From positions 1-53,775 of IMG/VR virus record IMGVR_UViG_3300024975_000025: a stretch of DNA of 53,775 nt. The stretch is one strand, 5' to 3'. Each line of letters opens with the position of its first letter. The first letter of the stretch is position 1. Source of the DNA: a virus (Duplodnaviria; Caudoviricetes). A program made the position numbers and the translations under genes. Below are positions 16,434-25,268 of this stretch, piece after piece. The notes beneath the pieces were generated by a model. The model searched no databases. It saw nothing but the letters and a program-made list of their open reading frames with translations, and was not told the origin of the DNA.

Positions 16434-17057
16434 TCACCCTTCATGTCGGGTTTTGCGAGGTTTTGACGTTGCCGCATCTTCGCGCATGGTCTGGTCGAGC
16501 TGAACCATGAGCTTTGCCGCTGCGGCTCGCTTTGCAGGGCTTTTGTCCGTCTCGGCGATCCGCATTGCTCGCTTCCGCAAGTCCCTCCAGTCCGCTTCCG
16601 TGGCGGTCTGTTCATCGACTGAAGCAGCGCGAGGAGGGTACTTTGCTAGAAGCACATCGGCGGCGTTGGAGAAGGCGCGGTCGCTGTCGGGAGTAAGCGC
16701 CAGGAGTCTGAGGGCATCTCCAGCGAGTGCACTTGCTGCGCCAGTTGCGCGCGCCAATGCCGCACGAATTACGCCGAGGGCTTCCAGTACCGCCTCATCC
16801 ACTGGTCCTTCGCTTGGGTCCGCGGCGGCCATCGGAGCCGCGTCACTGTCGAACCACCCGGAGCAGCCCGGCAGGCGCTCGACGGCTTGAACTGTCTTCT
16901 CGGTGATGGGGCGCTCACGTTCAACAAGTTGACGAACGAATGCCCCCGACTTGTGGCCAAGCGCCCTGCCTAGTTCGACCTTCTTCCCGCCGAACTTCTT
17001 CTCCAGTAGGGCTTGAAGACGCTGAACGCGGAAGTCTTGTAGCTCGTCTGGACTCAT
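16434..17057 (-). CDS. cI: CI-like repressor, N-terminal HTH, no S24 peptidase domain seen
   Basis: RLQALLEKKFGGKKVELGRALG...QLVERERPITEK...GWFD; divergent from cro; TATCGT 6 nt before ATG. Confidence 0.8.
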   Translation of the reverse strand: MSPDELQDFRVQRLQALLEKKFGGKKVELGRALGHKSGAFVRQLVERERPITEKTVQAVERLPGCSGWFDSDAAPMAAADPSEGPVDEAVLEALGVIRAALARATGAASALAGDALRLLALTPDSDRAFSNAADVLLAKYPPRAASVDEQTATEADWRDLRKRAMRIAETDKSPAKRAAAAKLMVQLDQTMREDAATSKPRKTRHEG

Positions 17058-17063
17058 GCCCAA

Positions 17064-17124
17064 ACGATAGCTAGTGCAACTATTGCAAACGCTGCTTGTA
17101 GACGATTGCATTTGCTATTACCAT
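17064..17124. promoter_or_regulatory. oR operator region with PR and PRM
   Basis: TTGTAG-17-TACCAT (17096-17124) with operator CGATTGCATTTGCTAT in the spacer; minus-strand -10 at 17064-17069. Confidence 0.8.
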
Positions 17125-17130
17125 GGCTGC

Positions 17131-17424
17131 ATGGACCTTCGAACTTGGCTTAGTGGTGGGCGCGGACGCAATGCACGGCTTGCGGCTCGGCTTCGGCTGG
17201 CCCCGGGATACCTGTCGCAGATGGCGGCGGGGACGCGACCAATTCCATACACGGCTTGGCAAGTGATTGCAGACGAAACGGGTAATGAGGTGCTCCGCTG
17301 GGACTTGTGGCCGGATGAATGGCACGAGATCTGGCCCCAGCTCAAGCGCGCCAAGGGCGCCCCACAAATTCAGTCCTCCCAGAACGGTGAGGCCGCTCCT
17401 TCCCAAGCTCAGGAGGCTGCGTGA
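17131..17424 (+). CDS. cro: Cro-like (YdaS-type) regulator
   Basis: LAARLRLAPGYLSQMAAGTRPIP...VLRWDLWPDEWHEIWPQL. Confidence 0.85.
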   Translation: MDLRTWLSGGRGRNARLAARLRLAPGYLSQMAAGTRPIPYTAWQVIADETGNEVLRWDLWPDEWHEIWPQLKRAKGAPQIQSSQNGEAAPSQAQEAA

Positions 17425-17583
17425 CCCCGTTCCGCCGCTTTCCTTGCTGCCCTGCGGCGAGCCCTGTTCAGGGTGAAGCGTCGCTGCAGCTCTCGACTCC
17501 CGTAGTGGACCTCCATCGCGACATAGCCGATGGCCACAAGAACATGGGCGGCACGAACCCAGTTGCGGAAGGGGCCCTGGCCC

Positions 17584-17844
17584 ATGACTGAGAAGAACAC
17601 CCAAAGCGCCACGGCCACGCCTAGCGCTCGGCTCCAAGCGCGGATTGCGGCCGCCAAGCGGAAGCGCTTGCTGCGGTACGCGGCAGACGCCTTGCTGGCG
17701 ATCCATGTCATCGGGTTGATTTGCATCGGCAAATTCTCGACGGGCTTCTGGCTGGGCGCCGCGATCGTCCTGCTCCTTCCAGCGCTGTTGCTCCACGCGT
17801 ACGCGCACAGGGTCGTTGCCCCTGTGGCTGAAGAGCAGGGCTGA
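17584..17844 (+). CDS. Small two-TM membrane protein
   Basis: Basic N-terminus plus two hydrophobic segments; strand ambiguous. Confidence 0.4.
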   Translation: MTEKNTQSATATPSARLQARIAAAKRKRLLRYAADALLAIHVIGLICIGKFSTGFWLGAAIVLLLPALLLHAYAHRVVAPVAEEQG

Positions 17845-18219
17845 GACATGCGCCACCAAGTTTTCTCCGTCCTCGCACAAGAAGCTCCGGTTTCCTCCCT
17901 GCCGGTTCGCGATGGACGTTTGCCGCGGGCTTCGGCTCGCGGCCTTTTCTTCACCTCGGGCGAGCGTCATTTCGCGCGCTCGCTCGCCAGCCTGGCCAGC
18001 AACTCGGCCTCTGTGGCAATCGCTCGCACGCAGCGCTTCAAGCAAGCGCGCAGCGCAGCTCGTGCCCAGGCGTGTGTTTCGTCCATTCGTTCTTTCTCCG
18101 CATGTTCAGGCGGGCACCCCAACCAAGGCCCTGAGACGGCCGACTCCCCCGTTGAGGGGCAAGCGGCGACGGGTGCCCACCTAAGCGTGTTTTTCCTCAA
18201 CAACCGATGGGAGTCGGGC

Positions 18220-18645
18220 ATGCAAACCATGGATCGAAGTTTTGAGCGAGTCGACCGGCAACTGAAAGCAACCGCTGGCAATGGGTCGCAATCCGCGATG
18301 CCTTTTCTGGCTGCTGTGGGTGATGTCCAGCGCCTGCCGGCCGATGTTCTCGCGACGGTGACGTTCAACGGATGCCTCATCGAGGCCGCCCGTCACTGCG
18401 GGAAGGAAGACCAGGAGATCGCGGACGAGATCCACATCTGCCATGGCTACATGAGCCGCTTCATGCGCGGCGTGGCCCAGCAGTGGGCAAAGCGTCTGGT
18501 CGCCTTCATGCGCGCCACGCAGTCCCTGGCGCCTCTCCAGTGGATCGCTCGCGAGATGGGCTGCGAGGTTGTCGTCCGCGACAGCCGGGCCGCCGAAGTC
18601 GCTGCCCTGCGCGCTCGGCTCACGGAGCTGGAGCACGCGGCCTGA
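18220..18645 (+). CDS. CII-like HTH regulator
   Basis: QEIADEIHICHGYMSRFMRG...APLQWIA; position after cro; GGGAG RBS. Confidence 0.65.
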   Translation: MQTMDRSFERVDRQLKATAGNGSQSAMPFLAAVGDVQRLPADVLATVTFNGCLIEAARHCGKEDQEIADEIHICHGYMSRFMRGVAQQWAKRLVAFMRATQSLAPLQWIAREMGCEVVVRDSRAAEVAALRARLTELEHAA

Positions 18646-18711
18646 AAACGAAACCCCACCAGCGCTGGCACGCATGGCGGGGCTCTAACCACCCAACGAA
18701 CGGAGCATCAA

Positions 18712-18888
18712 GTGGCTTTCAACATTGTCTCTCAGGACGTCATTCGCGGCCTGTACCAGGAAGCGAGCAAGAAGCGCGACCACACCTCCGCAGTTCGGCA
18801 CGTCGCCGGCCTGACTGGTCAGGACATCGAGACCATCGAGTCCGTCCTCGCCTCTAGTGAGGCTGGGGAAGAGGTGGGGGTGGCGTGA
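18712..18888 (+). CDS. 58-aa hypothetical protein
   Basis: GGAG RBS, GTG start; below the ORF-track cutoff. Confidence 0.55.
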   Translation: MAFNIVSQDVIRGLYQEASKKRDHTSAVRHVAGLTGQDIETIESVLASSEAGEEVGVA

Positions 18889-18931
18889 GCGACTACACCG
18901 CGTTCCTGCGCCCGCACGCGAGGTGGCCAGC

Positions 18932-19378
18932 ATGAGCCAGCAGACCATCGACCTCCGCCCCGCCGACTTGGCCATCGCCCGCGCTGTGGGTCATGTCGCC
19001 CAGGGCCTGGCCACCGACCGCGCCGAGCGCGAGACGCCAGGGTTTCGTGAGCGCGCCGAGGCCGCAATCCTGGACCGGCTCAAGGCTGGCCCGGCGTCGG
19101 GTGAAGACCTGACCGACCACGTTGCCAGCACCGGCCTGCAGTTCGCTGACGGCCGCGCCCTTGGCTCGGTCTACGCCAGCCTGCGCCGCCGCGGCTGGAT
19201 CGAAGCCGTGGGCACCTGTGCAAGGCGGAAGGGTCACGGAGGTCAAGGGGGTTCCATCTACGCGCTGGCACAGACCTACGAAGCTCAGAAGGCTGCATGG
19301 CTGGCTGGCAACCCTGCCGCCAGCGCCGAGGCCGTGGAATCGGCCTGCCAAGCCATCGCGGAAAGGCTGGGAGTCTGA
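18932..19378 (+). CDS. Winged-helix-like hypothetical protein
   Basis: GAGGTGG RBS; DGRALGSVYASLRRRGWI. Confidence 0.65.
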   Translation: MSQQTIDLRPADLAIARAVGHVAQGLATDRAERETPGFRERAEAAILDRLKAGPASGEDLTDHVASTGLQFADGRALGSVYASLRRRGWIEAVGTCARRKGHGGQGGSIYALAQTYEAQKAAWLAGNPAASAEAVESACQAIAERLGV

Positions 19379-19387
19379 TGTTTTCCC

Positions 19388-19470
19388 GCACGGCTAGGTT
19401 AGCTCCCGAAAAGGCGGTCTTCCGGCCCGCTCTGCCGCTGCGTTCTTTGCCGGGAGCGAACGGAACGCAC
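19388..19470 (+). ncRNA. Structured cis/antisense RNA element upstream of the replication genes
   Basis: CGGC...GCCG stem; GCTCCCG and TTCCG are complementary to CGGGAGC and CGGAA just before ATG 19471. Confidence 0.5.
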
Positions 19471-19890
19471 ATGACCAAGATGAAGTACGCCGACCAGTTG
19501 CTGAGCCCCAAGTGGCAGAAGCTTCGACTCGAAGTGATGCAGGCCGCCGGCTGGAAATGCGAGCGCTGCGGGGATGCAGAAACGACGCTGCACGCACACC
19601 ATCCAGAGTACCGGCGCGGCGCGATGGCTTGGGAATACCAGCCGAACGAACTTCAGTGCCTGTGCTCGAACTGCCACGGCGCAGAGCACAGCAAGCCTGT
19701 TCCAGAAGGAAGCCGCTCCGCGAAGCGCGCCATCTGGGAAACGCTCGCCACGTTCCACGTTCAAGCGTGCGTGTATGCGACGGGCCATCCGGACATGTCT
19801 CCTTCCGACGTCGAAGCGCTGGCAAAGCGGTTGTGCGCCGCCGAAGGCCTCGACTACGACGCCCTTGAGGCAAAGCTGTATTCCGCATGA
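19471..19890 (+). CDS. HNH-like zinc-binding protein
   Basis: PKWQKLRLEV...CERC...LHAHH...LCSNCH. Confidence 0.75.
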   Translation: MTKMKYADQLLSPKWQKLRLEVMQAAGWKCERCGDAETTLHAHHPEYRRGAMAWEYQPNELQCLCSNCHGAEHSKPVPEGSRSAKRAIWETLATFHVQACVYATGHPDMSPSDVEALAKRLCAAEGLDYDALEAKLYSA

Positions 19891-20702
19891 CAGTTCCGGT
19901 GCCATACCCATCAGAGACGCAGGCCAAGGGCTGGCGCTTCGAGCTGGACTACGAGCAGATCGACCAGTCCGACACCTGGGACCTGGCTGCAGAGATCGCC
20001 ATGGCCCAGCCGGCGCTGCTGATGATGTGGCTGGTGGCCTGGCGCCAGAAGCCCTGCGGCTCGCTGCCGGCGGACGAGGTGGTCATCCGCTCCAAGTGCC
20101 GCATCCCGCCCGCAGTCTGGACGAAGTGCCGTGACGTGTGCATGCGCGGGTGGTGGCAAGCAGAGGACGGCCGGCTCTATCACGACACCATCGTGAAGCG
20201 CGTGCTTGCGATGCTGGACAAGCGCGCGAACGATGCACAACGAGCTGCGAAGCGCAGGGCACTCAAGGCTGACTCGGGCGCGAGTACCGGCGAACTCACG
20301 GGCGAGTCACGCGTGACACACACTGGACCGACCCGTGAGTTCGACACCAAGCACCAAGCACCAGTAAATACCCCCCATACCCCCCGAGGGGGCAAGTCAG
20401 CCGTTTCCCTCAAGACCTGGGCCGAGGAGACGCGAGCATCCGGGCAGAAGCTCATCCCGGACGATGACCCTGTGTTCGACTACGCCACCGAGGTCGGCAT
20501 CCCTGATGACTTCATGGCCCTGGCTTGGCAGGAGTTTAAGCATCGGTACACCCAGCCCGGCGCCAAGCGCTACAAGGACTGGCGGGCTGTGTTCCGCAAG
20601 GCCGTGCGCGGCAACTGGATGAAGCTCTGGTATCTGGACGGCGATTCGTATCGCCTCACCACCGTGGGCCACCAGGCGACGCGGACGAGGGACGCGGCAT
20701 GA
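19887..20702 (+). CDS. Replication initiator (O-like)
   Basis: AW.QKPCGSLP.D N-terminal domain, low-complexity linker, YKDWRAVFR C-terminal domain; precedes dnaB. Confidence 0.75.
   Translation: MTVPVPYPSETQAKGWRFELDYEQIDQSDTWDLAAEIAMAQPALLMMWLVAWRQKPCGSLPADEVVIRSKCRIPPAVWTKCRDVCMRGWWQAEDGRLYHDTIVKRVLAMLDKRANDAQRAAKRRALKADSGASTGELTGESRVTHTGPTREFDTKHQAPVNTPHTPRGGKSAVSLKTWAEETRASGQKLIPDDDPVFDYATEVGIPDDFMALAWQEFKHRYTQPGAKRYKDWRAVFRKAVRGNWMKLWYLDGDSYRLTTVGHQATRTRDAA
20291..20343. repeat. Inverted repeats in the initiator linker, putative origin
   Basis: CGAACTCACGGG...CCCGTGAGTTCG flanking palindrome GTCACGCGTGAC. Confidence 0.5.
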
Positions 20703-22063
20703 CCTCCGCCATCTTCGACGCCGACCCCCGCGACGAGGTCGCCCAGCTCCGCGTCCCACCGCACAGCGCCGAGGCCGAGCAGAGCGTTCTGGGCGGCCTG
20801 CTCATCGACAACAACGCATGGGACCGCGTCGCGGACCTGCTGACCGAGGCGGACTTCTACCGCCACGAGCACAAGGCCGTTTACACCGCCCTGGGCCGAC
20901 TCATCAACTCGAACCGGCCGGCCGACGTCGTGACGGTATTCGACGCTCTGGGCGACAAGGCCGCCGAGGTCGGCGGCCTGGCCTACATCAACTCCCTGGC
21001 CCAAAGCGTACCCAGCGCGTCCAACGTGCGTCGCTACGCCGAGATCGTGCGCGAGCGCTCGGTCCTGCGCCAGGTGCTGGCCAAGGTCGACGAGGCCGGG
21101 CAGATCGTCCACGGTGATGGCTCGGCGGCTGAGAAGGTCGAGAAGGTGCAGGCGCTGTTCGCTGGCATCGAAGCCCGCAGCAAGGCCCGTGAGCCCATCG
21201 GCATGGACGCGCTGATGGTCAAGGTCATCGACGGCATCAACGCAGCCGCCGAGGGCCATTCGGAGGTGTGGCGCACCGGCGTGCATGCACTCGACAACCG
21301 GATGCTTGGCGGCATGCGGCCGAGCGACCTTGTCATCCTGGCTGCGCGCCCGAGCGTGGGCAAGACGAGCCTTGCGCTGCAGATCTCCCGGCGCGTCGCG
21401 ATGGATGGTCATCCGGTGCTGATCCTCTCGCAGGAGATGGCAGCCGAGCAGCTTGGCATCCGCACGCTGTCCAGCGCCGCGCGCGTCGACATGGCGCACC
21501 TGCAGACCGGCAAGCTCGACGACCCGGAATGGAGCCGCCTCTCGGAGGGCGTCGACGAGCTGGCGCGGCTGCCGATGCATGTCGACGACGAGCCGGCGCT
21601 GACGATCCGCGCCATCGCATCGAAAGCCCGCCGCGTGCGTGGCGTCAAGCTGATCGTGCTTGACTACCTGCAACTCAGCGAGGGCGACGGCGAGACTCGG
21701 ACGGCCCAGATCGGCAGCATCTCGCGCGGTCTGAAGGGGCTTGCCAAGCGCCTGAACTGCGCCGTGCTGGCGCTGTCGCAGCTCAATCGCAAGGTCGAAG
21801 AGCGGCCCGGCAAGCGCCCGATCATGGCCGACCTGCGCGACTCGGGAGAGATTGAGCAGGACGCGGACGGCATCGTGTTTCTGTGGCCGCTGGAAGAGGC
21901 GGGCGGCACGAGCCGGGCGGTCGGTTGCGAGGTTGCGAAGTACCGCCAAGGCGTCGTCGGCGCCGGGGTGCTCGAGCTTTTCGGCAGCACGCAGACCTGG
22001 GGCGACTCCACCCGGACGCTGGACTCCTTCGACACCAAGAAACGCACTGGAGGTTTTGAATGA
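20699..22063 (+). CDS. dnaB: Replicative DNA helicase
   Basis: PPHSAEAEQSVLG, AARPSVGKT, LDYLQL, LSQLNR, DLRDSGEIEQDAD. Confidence 0.95.
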   Translation: MTSAIFDADPRDEVAQLRVPPHSAEAEQSVLGGLLIDNNAWDRVADLLTEADFYRHEHKAVYTALGRLINSNRPADVVTVFDALGDKAAEVGGLAYINSLAQSVPSASNVRRYAEIVRERSVLRQVLAKVDEAGQIVHGDGSAAEKVEKVQALFAGIEARSKAREPIGMDALMVKVIDGINAAAEGHSEVWRTGVHALDNRMLGGMRPSDLVILAARPSVGKTSLALQISRRVAMDGHPVLILSQEMAAEQLGIRTLSSAARVDMAHLQTGKLDDPEWSRLSEGVDELARLPMHVDDEPALTIRAIASKARRVRGVKLIVLDYLQLSEGDGETRTAQIGSISRGLKGLAKRLNCAVLALSQLNRKVEERPGKRPIMADLRDSGEIEQDADGIVFLWPLEEAGGTSRAVGCEVAKYRQGVVGAGVLELFGSTQTWGDSTRTLDSFDTKKRTGGFE

Positions 22064-22620
22064 GCCATAAGAAGGGCGCCTATCTGGGCGGCATCCGTGA
22101 CACCGAGGGCCTGAAGCTGCGCTGCTTTGTCGAAGCAGAATCCGGCTGTTGGCTGTGGCGCGGAGGTATGAGCCATGGCGCGCCGAGCGTGACATTGCTC
22201 TTGCCAGACGGGCAGCGCAGCCAGGCCATGCGCGGCCAGCGCGCGGCGCAGATGCTGATCGGCGTGGAGATGGGCGTCAAGGACGTGGCTCATCCCTACA
22301 AGTGCCAAAACATCCTGTGCGTGAACCCGGCGCACGGTGGCGTGAAGACACGCAAGAAGCACGGCGAGTGGATGAAGGCCAGGGGCCTGTGTGCCAGCAA
22401 TCCCAAGCACATCGCGGCCACCGTCAAGCGCAACAAAGATCGCGCCATCGTGACGCCGGAAATGATCGAGCAGATGCGCGCCAGCGACTTGACGTGCGCA
22501 GAGATGGGTCGCCGGCTCGGAATCTCTCCGAGCAGCGTCAGTAACTATCGGCGTGGTGTGACAGGAAGACCGGCCGCTATGCGCCATGCCAGCGTTTTCA
22601 CATGGAGGCCGGCAGCATGA
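22060..22620 (+). CDS. Degenerate HNH-like protein with C-terminal HTH
   Basis: SGCWLWRG, CQNILCVNPAH, EMGRRLGISPSSVSNYR. Confidence 0.7.
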   Translation: MSHKKGAYLGGIRDTEGLKLRCFVEAESGCWLWRGGMSHGAPSVTLLLPDGQRSQAMRGQRAAQMLIGVEMGVKDVAHPYKCQNILCVNPAHGGVKTRKKHGEWMKARGLCASNPKHIAATVKRNKDRAIVTPEMIEQMRASDLTCAEMGRRLGISPSSVSNYRRGVTGRPAAMRHASVFTWRPAA

Positions 22621-23102
22621 GAAAGCGCAGCTCCTACCGCCCGACGCACACCGCCAACCCGCTGGCCTACATGACGGCCATCCAGGGCGCCCACAAACTC
22701 TGCGCTCACGACCAGCTGACCCGGGCCGCGCGTGTGCGCTGCGCCGTCGAGCGGCTGGCAGACAGCACCGGCGGCAATGCCGACTGGCGCGACGTGGCAG
22801 ACGCACTCAACATGGTCGAGGCCTTCGCCAACATCGGTTTGGTGCGCGATGCCAAGGAGTTCATTGCCGAGCAGCAGGACAACGTGGCTGCGGCGATGGA
22901 CCGGCACAAGGCCACGGGCTCCAACGTGCTGCGGCCGGTGGAGTGCCAGCTGCTGCGCGACCTGGCTGCCACCTGGGCGGAGTGTTTGGCCGAGGTGACG
23001 TGCCGGCAGTATTTCGAGGCCGAGCAGCGCGTCGTGCGCAAGGTGCAGCAGGCGCTGGCCAAGGGATCGCACGGCAGCGTGCGTGTTGTGGAGGCTGCAT
23101 GA
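22617..23102 (+). CDS. Hypothetical protein
   Basis: ATGA coupling at both ends. Confidence 0.7.
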   Translation: MRKRSSYRPTHTANPLAYMTAIQGAHKLCAHDQLTRAARVRCAVERLADSTGGNADWRDVADALNMVEAFANIGLVRDAKEFIAEQQDNVAAAMDRHKATGSNVLRPVECQLLRDLAATWAECLAEVTCRQYFEAEQRVVRKVQQALAKGSHGSVRVVEAA

Positions 23103-23227
23103 CGCTTGCATTCCCTGGCCTGTGCCTGGTCATCGTCGGCTTCTTGGTGGCTCAGCGATTCGAGAACGCGGGCGCGGCTGCGCTGTTTGCTGGGGCACTC
23201 CTGATCCTGGCTGGAGCATTCGCATGA
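23099..23227 (+). CDS. 42-aa membrane protein
   Basis: Coupled; two hydrophobic stretches. Confidence 0.55.
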   Translation: MTLAFPGLCLVIVGFLVAQRFENAGAAALFAGALLILAGAFA

Positions 23228-23451
23228 CCTGCGTTGCCTGCCAAGCCGCCGAGGTCGGGCCCGGCTACGTCTATCGCAAGGGATGCAAGGGTTGCAGCGC
23301 CCGGCAGATTGCGCGTGGGCCTGACTTCCACCGCTGCCGCAACGCTGGCAAGCAGGACGGCCAGTATCGAGACCTGCTGGCGGCCGTGGGCGTGACGCAC
23401 GAACAGGCAGTGGAGGCATCACGTATCGACAAGGAGAGGGCCGCCGCATGA
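23224..23451 (+). CDS. Small CxxC protein
   Basis: CVAC...CKGC; coupled. Confidence 0.65.
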   Translation: MTCVACQAAEVGPGYVYRKGCKGCSARQIARGPDFHRCRNAGKQDGQYRDLLAAVGVTHEQAVEASRIDKERAAA

Positions 23452-23900
23452 CCGAGCGCCTCACCCTCACCCTACGAGACGCGCAGTCCGCAGCCCCACA
23501 GCTGGCGCAGGCCTGGCAGTGGATCAAGGCCATGCTGATCGCCGGCCACCGTCTGAGCTTCGAGGTCAGGAGGGCCACGCGCAGCACCGAGCAGAACGCG
23601 CTGATGTGGTCCTGCCTCACGGACCTCAGCCGGCAGGTCGAATGGCCGGTGGATGGACGGCTCCAGAAGCTGGAGCCCGAGGAGTGGAAGGACGTCCTCT
23701 CGGCCGGCGTCACCAAGGCGCAGCGTGTTGCTCAGGGCATCGAGGGCGGCTGGGTAATGCTGGGACAGCGAACCAGCAAGATGACCATTGCCGAGATGTC
23801 GGAGCTGATCACTTTCGCGCATGCCTTCGGCGATCAGCGCGGGGTCCAGTGGAGCCGCACAAGCCTTGGACGTGACGTACCTGACGAGGCGATGGCATGA
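23448..23900 (+). CDS. ninB: NinB family recombination protein
   Basis: TRSTEQNALMW..L.DLSRQVEW...EEWK...GQRTSKMT. Confidence 0.88.
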   Translation: MTERLTLTLRDAQSAAPQLAQAWQWIKAMLIAGHRLSFEVRRATRSTEQNALMWSCLTDLSRQVEWPVDGRLQKLEPEEWKDVLSAGVTKAQRVAQGIEGGWVMLGQRTSKMTIAEMSELITFAHAFGDQRGVQWSRTSLGRDVPDEAMA

Positions 23901-24625
23901 AGCGCGGATCACCTCTCAAGCGCTCCAGCTTCAAGCCTCGCCAGACCCCGCTGCGCGCCACGGCGCCGGCAAAGATCTTGGTGCCGCTGCTCAAGATGCG
24001 CAAGTGCCCGGTCAAGAAGGGAGGCTGCGGCCAGGCCTTCCGCCCGTTCAAGAAGGGCCAGCTCGCGTGCCTGGACTGCGCTGTGCCCGTCGGCAAGTGG
24101 CTGGCTGCATCGAAGGCCAAGACCGCCCACAAGGAAGACATCAAGCAGACCAAGGCCGCCCTGGAGAAGCTCAAGGGCGTGCCCGAGCTGAAGAAGGAGG
24201 CGCAGAAGGCCTTCAACGACTACGTGCGCTACCGCGACGCCGGCAAGGGCTGCTTCGTCTGCGGCCGCACGCTGGCCCTGGGCGGTGTCGGTGGCGGCTT
24301 CGACGCTGGCCACATCAGATCGCGCAGCAACGCCGACAACCTCCGCTTCGACGAGCGCAATGTGCACGGGCAGTGCAAGCCCTGCAACGCCGTCGGCGCG
24401 ACGAAGGATTGGGAGATGCGCGCGGCCGCCGACCGACTGCTGGGCACCGAAGCCGCCGCCGAGCTCTACGCCGACAACAAGCCGGTGAAGTGGCTGCGCG
24501 ACGGCCTGCGCGAGATCCGCGACGGCTACCGCGCGAAGCTGGCCGCGCTGAAAAAGGGCGGCGCGATGGGGGCACGGGTCAATTCATTCAACACCGGCCT
24601 CGCCGGGGAAAGCGCAGCAGCATGA
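23897..24625 (+). CDS. ninG: NinG/Rap family nuclease
   Basis: AQKAFNDYVRYRD...CFVCG...DAGH.RSR...LRFDERNVHGQCKPCN. Confidence 0.9.
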   Translation: MKRGSPLKRSSFKPRQTPLRATAPAKILVPLLKMRKCPVKKGGCGQAFRPFKKGQLACLDCAVPVGKWLAASKAKTAHKEDIKQTKAALEKLKGVPELKKEAQKAFNDYVRYRDAGKGCFVCGRTLALGGVGGGFDAGHIRSRSNADNLRFDERNVHGQCKPCNAVGATKDWEMRAAADRLLGTEAAAELYADNKPVKWLRDGLREIRDGYRAKLAALKKGGAMGARVNSFNTGLAGESAAA

Positions 24626-24828
24626 GCAACCAGCAGAGCGACGAGCAGGAGCGCCAGCGCGTGGCGATCGCTCAGTTCCTCAAGAACACGCAGGAGAACT
24701 GGGCATTCACGGTCGAGATCATCGGCCTGAAGGCCCGCACGGCGCGCGCGCGGTTCCTGGCGCTGCGGCGCGAAGGCTTCAGTCTGGACGAGGCCCTGCG
24801 GCTGTGCCTGAAAGAGGTGGAGCTGTGA
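24622..24828 (+). CDS. Hypothetical protein
   Basis: Coupled; EGFSLDEAL motif. Confidence 0.6.
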   Translation: MSNQQSDEQERQRVAIAQFLKNTQENWAFTVEIIGLKARTARARFLALRREGFSLDEALRLCLKEVEL

Positions 24829-25268
24829 CGGTCATTGCCTGGGATGGAGTGCGGCTCGCCGCTGATAAGCGCACCAGCTTCGGTGGACTCCACGCCACCA
24901 CCACGAAGGTGCACAGGCTGGCCGATGGACGGCTGTTCGCCGGCTGCGGCGCGACGGCGCTCATCAACGAGATGCGCGCATGGGTTGAGTCGGGCGCCAG
25001 GCCTGAAACCTTGCCTGCCGCCCAGCGAGTGGCGGCCGAGAGCTGCAGCGCCCTCGTCATTGAGCTGGACGGCAGCCTGAGCCAGTACGAGACCACGGCC
25101 TATCCGCTGCGGTTCGAGAACCGGCAATGGGCCATAGGCAGCGGGCGCGACTTCGCCGTGATGGCGATGCGGCTGGGCAAGACCGCAACGGAAGCGGTGC
25201 TGTTGACGGCCGAGTTCTGCCACGACTGCGGCAACGGCGCCGACGAACTGACCCTGGAGACCGAATGA
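24825..25268 (+). CDS. Ntn-hydrolase (HslV/proteasome beta-like) protein
   Basis: GTG start gives N-terminal Thr: TVIAWDG...AADKR...TKV...AIGSG. Confidence 0.75.
   Translation: MTVIAWDGVRLAADKRTSFGGLHATTTKVHRLADGRLFAGCGATALINEMRAWVESGARPETLPAAQRVAAESCSALVIELDGSLSQYETTAYPLRFENRQWAIGSGRDFAVMAMRLGKTATEAVLLTAEFCHDCGNGADELTLETE

Noticed and set aside
12420-17060. LuxI AHL synthase partner
   Set aside because: No ORF with LuxI-type motifs was seen here or elsewhere in the window
17848-18219. N-terminal extension of the CII-like ORF
   Set aside because: A better RBS and start exist at 18220; the extension includes a terminator-like hairpin near 17922-17950
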